Translations under genes and position numbers: made by a program
The notes under the pieces: model-generated
Told to the model about the DNA's origin: nothing
Database searches by the model: none
The model's input: only the letters and a program-made list of their open reading frames with translations
NCBI GenBank assembly: GCA_031279695.1
Contig: JAITIA010000140.1
Coordinates: forward strand, 12,935-76,934
Origin: Prevotellaceae bacterium
Lineage (GTDB): Bacteria; Bacteroidota; Bacteroidia; Bacteroidales; UBA932
DNA length: 64,000 bases
Direction: 5' to 3'
Part shown: piece after piece, positions 59,847 to 64,000 of the stretch
Position numbering within the stretch: position 1 is the first letter of the stretch
Layout of the letters: every line of letters begins with the position of its first letter

Positions 59847-59893
59847 CTTAAAATATTTATATAATTAAAAATTAATGTATTAACATATTGGTG

Positions 59894-60700
59894 TCAGGAA
59901 AAATGTTTTTTTAACAAATTTTTCATTTCGATATTCAATTCGGCATTTCCGGTAGCGATTAAACTGTTGCCAAACAAATAGTTGTCGCCGCCGTCGAAAT
60001 CGGTAACCACCGCGCCTGCTCTGGTGGCAATAAATGCTCCTGCCGCCACATCCCATGGGTTAAGATCGGTTTGAAAAAACGCTTCCGCCCGTCCGCAGGC
60101 AATATAGACCAAATCAGCCGCCGCCGAGCCTACTCGTCTGACTCCGTGCGAGTTGAACGTGAGATATTTTATTATATCTAAATAATTATCGATTTTTTGA
60201 TTCACCTTGTGCGGAAAACCGCTGATAACAAGAGAATTGCTGATAGAATCAATGCCGGACGCCTTTATTTCGCTGCCGTTCAGATACGCTTTGCTGTCCT
60301 TCCATGCATAGAAACATTCCTTACTGTCAGCGATATAAACCACTCCAAGCACAAGTTTTCCATTCTCGGTCAGCCCGATGCTGACGGCGTAAGGATTGAA
60401 TCCGTGAATATAGTTTGTTGTGCCGTCCAGCGGGTCGATTATCCAAGTATATTTGTTGTTATCCGACTGTGTTACAGTTTTTTCTTCGGTAATAAAGCCG
60501 GCGTCGTCAATCAGTGGCGTCAGACCTTTTACGATGATTTTTTCAGCATTTTTATCGACATACGACACAAAATCGTTAACTCCCTTGTTTTCAACCCTAT
60601 CTATCGAAAAGGTACTGCGTTCGTCGAGCATAAACTGCCCTGCCTCGCGTGCAATCATACATACTTTATCACAAATTTCCCTGTATTTTTCGTATTCCAT
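59894..60700 (-). CDS. Inositol monophosphatase family protein (SuhB-like)
   Basis: WIIDPLDGTTNYIHG metal-binding motif and the GRAEAFF..WDVAAG motif. Confidence 0.9.
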   Translation of the reverse strand: MEYEKYREICDKVCMIAREAGQFMLDERSTFSIDRVENKGVNDFVSYVDKNAEKIIVKGLTPLIDDAGFITEEKTVTQSDNNKYTWIIDPLDGTTNYIHGFNPYAVSIGLTENGKLVLGVVYIADSKECFYAWKDSKAYLNGSEIKASGIDSISNSLVISGFPHKVNQKIDNYLDIIKYLTFNSHGVRRVGSAAADLVYIACGRAEAFFQTDLNPWDVAAGAFIATRAGAVVTDFDGGDNYLFGNSLIATGNAELNIEMKNLLKKHFS

Positions 60701-60720
60701 TTATTATGAATTAACTATTA

Positions 60721-61902
60721 TTAAAAAAGCGATTTAATTTTATTTTCCAGATTTTGTCCAAACAAATCTTTTCCCGCTATTTCGCCATCGCGGTCAATCA
60801 GGTAATTTGCAGGCAGTTTACTCAGATTATACAGCAACGCGGCGCTGGATTCGGCGCCTCTGAAATCGCAAACATTTATCCATGGCAATTTCTGATTATT
60901 GATTGTATAGAGCCAGAGTTCTCTGTTTTCGTCAAGCGAAACATTGTATATTTCAAAGCCTTGCGCATGATATTTTTCATACAGAGGCAACATTTCGATA
61001 TTGTTGGTTGCCGATGCTCTGTCGCTCGACACCCAGAAATTCAGCAGAATAATTTTTCCCTTCAAACTCGACAGCGCGATTTTTGTTCCCGTAGCATCGG
61101 GCATCGAAATATCGGGAAATGAGGCGTTTTCGGCATTCTCAACCATGTTTTTAATTGTGTTTGCCTGTATCAGATTTTTGTAATCGTCGCGCAGGCGGTA
61201 AACGTATGGCGAATGTGGATATTTCTGTTCAAGCGAGTCGGCAATCATTTTAAAATAGAGTGCGTCCGATTCCTTCCCAAAGACAGGCATTTCGCCGCGT
61301 ATAGTCTGATACAAAGCATAATAGGCGGCATACGACTTGTTGTTTTTTACAATAAAACGCACCAGATTACGTTTATATTTTGTATAAATACCCGACATTT
61401 CTTTGTTTGTTTTTTCAACCGCAAGTTCGTATTCGGGAGTGTTTTCCTGTTTGCCAAGCAAGGCAATAAGCGAATCAATTGATATTGAGATTGCCAGAGT
61501 ATAGTCGTTCAATTCTTTCAGCAGTTGCGAGCCTTCCGATCCGCTGATTTTATAGTTGCGCGTATTTTTTGCGTCGATTTCTATCCGCGCCTTGTCGTCC
61601 GGCTCTAAGAGTAAGGATACCAGAGGTTTATTGGCAAGCGAGAGCAACATCGAAACCGGATAAATATTTTTTCCAAACCGGTATTTGAAGTTAAATTCGC
61701 CGGACGGTTTCAGGCGAACTGTATCCACAATTTTTTTTGGCGATGTGTTTAACGACAATTCGAGCAAATGGTTGTCGGCATTTTCGATTTTTCCGCGTAC
61801 AGTGGCGGTTTTTTCGCACGAAACAAAGAAAATCAGAACAGACAAACTCAACAGAGCATACCGTATATTAAAGACCATAAGCAATTTATCAAATATTTTC
61901 AA
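60721..61902 (-). CDS. DUF4369 + TlpA-like thioredoxin-fold protein lacking the CxxC active site (predicted redox-inactive)
   Basis: C-terminal domain aligns with TlpA/ResA (LLNFW...LPLYEKYHAQGFEIYNVSLD), but the FWASWCGPC position reads FWVSSDRAS. Confidence 0.75.
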   Translation of the reverse strand: MKIFDKLLMVFNIRYALLSLSVLIFFVSCEKTATVRGKIENADNHLLELSLNTSPKKIVDTVRLKPSGEFNFKYRFGKNIYPVSMLLSLANKPLVSLLLEPDDKARIEIDAKNTRNYKISGSEGSQLLKELNDYTLAISISIDSLIALLGKQENTPEYELAVEKTNKEMSGIYTKYKRNLVRFIVKNNKSYAAYYALYQTIRGEMPVFGKESDALYFKMIADSLEQKYPHSPYVYRLRDDYKNLIQANTIKNMVENAENASFPDISMPDATGTKIALSSLKGKIILLNFWVSSDRASATNNIEMLPLYEKYHAQGFEIYNVSLDENRELWLYTINNQKLPWINVCDFRGAESSAALLYNLSKLPANYLIDRDGEIAGKDLFGQNLENKIKSLF

Positions 61903-62099
61903 AATAAAACAAGTTTTAAAATTGCTGCAAATTTACATGAAAATCTACAAACTGCAAAAAAATTTCAAAAAAAGTTTGAGACGGTATCGATAAAATCATA
62001 TAAAAAGCCGTAGTTTGCGGATGAAACTGTCGGTCGTTTTTTGCCGCAAGGAGGCTGTGCCAAAAAACAATGAGACAGCCTCTACAAATTTGCGGTGTT

Positions 62100-63221
62100 T
62101 TACCTTAAAAATTCATCATAATTTTCTTTGTGAATGACCTCAAAACGGCTGTTTTCGTAGTTTCCAAGGAATGTTTTTGGGATTTTTGCATTTGCTTTCG
62201 GATTCCATTTAAACTCAAACGCAGTTATTTGTCCGTCTTGTTCTTCAATAAAGTCGATTTCCTGTTGCTGTTGAGTTCGCCAAAACCAGTAATTTGCATA
62301 TAATTGATTGTAATTAAGTTTTTTAATTCTTTCCGAAATCATATAATTTTCCCACAATGCGCCTGTGTCATCGCGCAATTCCACAGGGTTGAAATTTGAA
62401 ATCAGCGTGTTGCGGATACCATTGTCCCAAAAGTATATTTTTCGACTGTTTTTTAGTTCGTTACGCAAATTGCGGCTGAATGAGCCAAGCCGAAAAACTA
62501 CATACGACTGTTCCAAAAGCACAATATACTGCTCAACGGTTTTGCTGTCAAGCCCGCATATTTGTCCCAATTCGCTGTATGACACTAAATTGCCAATCTG
62601 AAAAGCCAATGCCTGCAACAGTTTCACAATTTTGTCGGGTTTCCGTATGCGTTCCCATTTCAAAATATCTTTATACAGATAACTGTTGGTTAATTCTTTA
62701 AGCGTTTCTTTTTCTTTGCCGAAATCCGTAACTACTTCGGGATACATTCCATAAACAAGGCGGTGCGCAAGCAAACGCTTTTCGTCCAACAGTCCGTGGT
62801 ATTGCTCCATTTCGACAAACGAAAGCGGAAAAAGCAAAATTTCGCGTTTTCGTCCTGTGAGCGGCTCGTTGATTTCATTTGCCAAATCCAATGACGAACT
62901 TCCCGTTACAATAAGTTGAATATCGGGTATTTGGTCTGTAATCAGTTTGAGTTTTATTCCAATATTTTTGACATATTGCGCCTCATCCAGAATAACAGTT
63001 TGGTTTTGCCCTATAATGTTTTTCCATTTCAGCGTATTCACGGTTTCGAGAATGGTTTGAATTTCACTGTCGTCACAGTTGAGCCAGAGCACATTTTGCC
63101 TGTCTGCAAACAATTGTTTTAGCAATGTGGTTTTACCAACTTGCCTTGCACCCAATATCACTGCCGCTTTTTTTCGGCTGAAAATGTTGGCAATATCATT
63201 TTCTACAATTCGTTTTATCAT
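62100..63221 (-). CDS. AAA-family ATPase (AAA_14 + DUF4143 architecture)
   Basis: Walker A ILGARQVGKTTLLKQ and Walker B VILDEAQ. The C-terminal region is typical of DUF4143. Confidence 0.85.
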   Translation of the reverse strand: MIKRIVENDIANIFSRKKAAVILGARQVGKTTLLKQLFADRQNVLWLNCDDSEIQTILETVNTLKWKNIIGQNQTVILDEAQYVKNIGIKLKLITDQIPDIQLIVTGSSSLDLANEINEPLTGRKREILLFPLSFVEMEQYHGLLDEKRLLAHRLVYGMYPEVVTDFGKEKETLKELTNSYLYKDILKWERIRKPDKIVKLLQALAFQIGNLVSYSELGQICGLDSKTVEQYIVLLEQSYVVFRLGSFSRNLRNELKNSRKIYFWDNGIRNTLISNFNPVELRDDTGALWENYMISERIKKLNYNQLYANYWFWRTQQQQEIDFIEEQDGQITAFEFKWNPKANAKIPKTFLGNYENSRFEVIHKENYDEFLR

Positions 63222-63260
63222 ATAATTTTATCATTAAAAATTTTTGCAAAAGTACGGTTT

Positions 63261-63377
63261 TTTGGAATATAATCCAAATTTATTATAAGAATTTTGGAAT
63301 ACAATCCTGATTTATTATAAGAATTTCGGAATACAATCCTGATTTATTATAAGAATTTCGGAATACGATACTGACAA
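63261..63377. repeat. About 3.5 tandem copies of a 32-bp unit (ttt[tc]ggaatacaatcctgatttattataagaa)
   Basis: Direct reading of the sequence. The first copy is divergent (ataatccaaa). Confidence 0.8.
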
Positions 63378-63443
63378 TAATGGGGGGCTGTGTAAAAAGT
63401 ACGGTAGAGTAGAGCGGGAAGACTACTGTTAGTCTTCCCCCCT

Positions 63444-63482
<39 letters not shown>

Positions 63483-63728
63483 GTGATTGATTTACGGAAA
63501 TTTCTATACGTTTGATATGCAACTTTTTATTTACATATATTTGTATATTCGGAAAAAACATAATAATTTTGCACCCGATTTAATACAGAACGGTTCATAA
63601 AATAGAAAACATATATATCTGATACAAAACAAATAACTGAAACATCTGTATTTCTTGTTTGAGGAATATTTGGAACAGCAAGTGGCTGATAAACAACGGG
63701 TATTTGGGAAATAAAAACATAAAGAATT

Positions 63729-64000
63729 ATGAGTAAATTGATAAAAATAGACGAGGAATATAAAGAATGGATTTATCAACTTAGTGAAAGATTCAGAATC
63801 AACCAGTTAAAAGCCTCGATGAGGGTAAATGCCGAAATGCTTCGCTTTTATTGGTCGCTCGGTAGAGATATCGAAGAATTGAACGCGGAAAGCAAATGGG
63901 GCGACAAAATTCTCCAAAATATCAGTCTGGATTTACAGGATTGTTTGCCCGGAGTAAAAGGTTTTTCATTTACAAATATGAATTACATAAAAAGATTTTA
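63729..64000 (+). CDS. DUF1016 (YhcG-like, PDDEXK nuclease superfamily) protein, 5' part only; truncated by the window end
   Basis: N-terminus MSKLIKIDEEYKEWIYQLSERFRINQLKASMRVNAEMLRFYWSLGRDI is characteristic of the DUF1016 N-terminal domain. Confidence 0.6.
   Translation, partial: MSKLIKIDEEYKEWIYQLSERFRINQLKASMRVNAEMLRFYWSLGRDIEELNAESKWGDKILQNISLDLQDCLPGVKGFSFTNMNYIKRF

Overview
This window looks like a Bacteroidetes-type chromosome segment, judged from TAnnTTTG -7 promoter boxes, lipoprotein signal peptides and the S10/spc ribosomal-protein gene order. The core is a long plus-strand ribosomal cluster (rpsJ through secY), flanked by housekeeping genes. These include miaB, a tryptophanase-like lyase, a nuoN-like subunit, tsaB, pheS, aroE, a SufE/SufT/thioredoxin/PmbA cluster, glpD, ung and a TrmH-family methyltransferase.

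The features that stand out are:
- A 10.5-kb single ORF encoding a 3515-aa protein built almost entirely of about 250 degenerate 14-residue coiled-coil repeats (consensus ARIAAEQxLQxxEE). It has no signal peptide and is tightly sandwiched between two secreted glycoside-hydrolase genes on the minus strand.
- An AT-rich two-gene cassette inserted between rpsN and rpsH inside the otherwise canonical spc operon. It encodes a small polytopic membrane protein and a membrane-anchored S24/LexA-like peptidase-fold protein with Cys in the nucleophile position.
- A three-copy family of roughly 170-230 bp promoter-bearing intergenic repeats. Two copies sit immediately upstream of two tandem antitoxin/PIN-toxin pairs. 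The third drives a short unit containing a (GA)20 microsatellite and ending at a strong terminator.
- A YdjI/YdjH/YdjG-like triad (SPFH/Band-7-like with a DUF4339 C-terminus, a 4-TM protein, and a zinc-ribbon/TM protein) with no PspA present.
- A palindromic MITE-like structured element, two tandem-repeat arrays (22-bp and 32-bp units), and an AT-rich islet carrying an acidic hypothetical protein and a Dam-methylase remnant.
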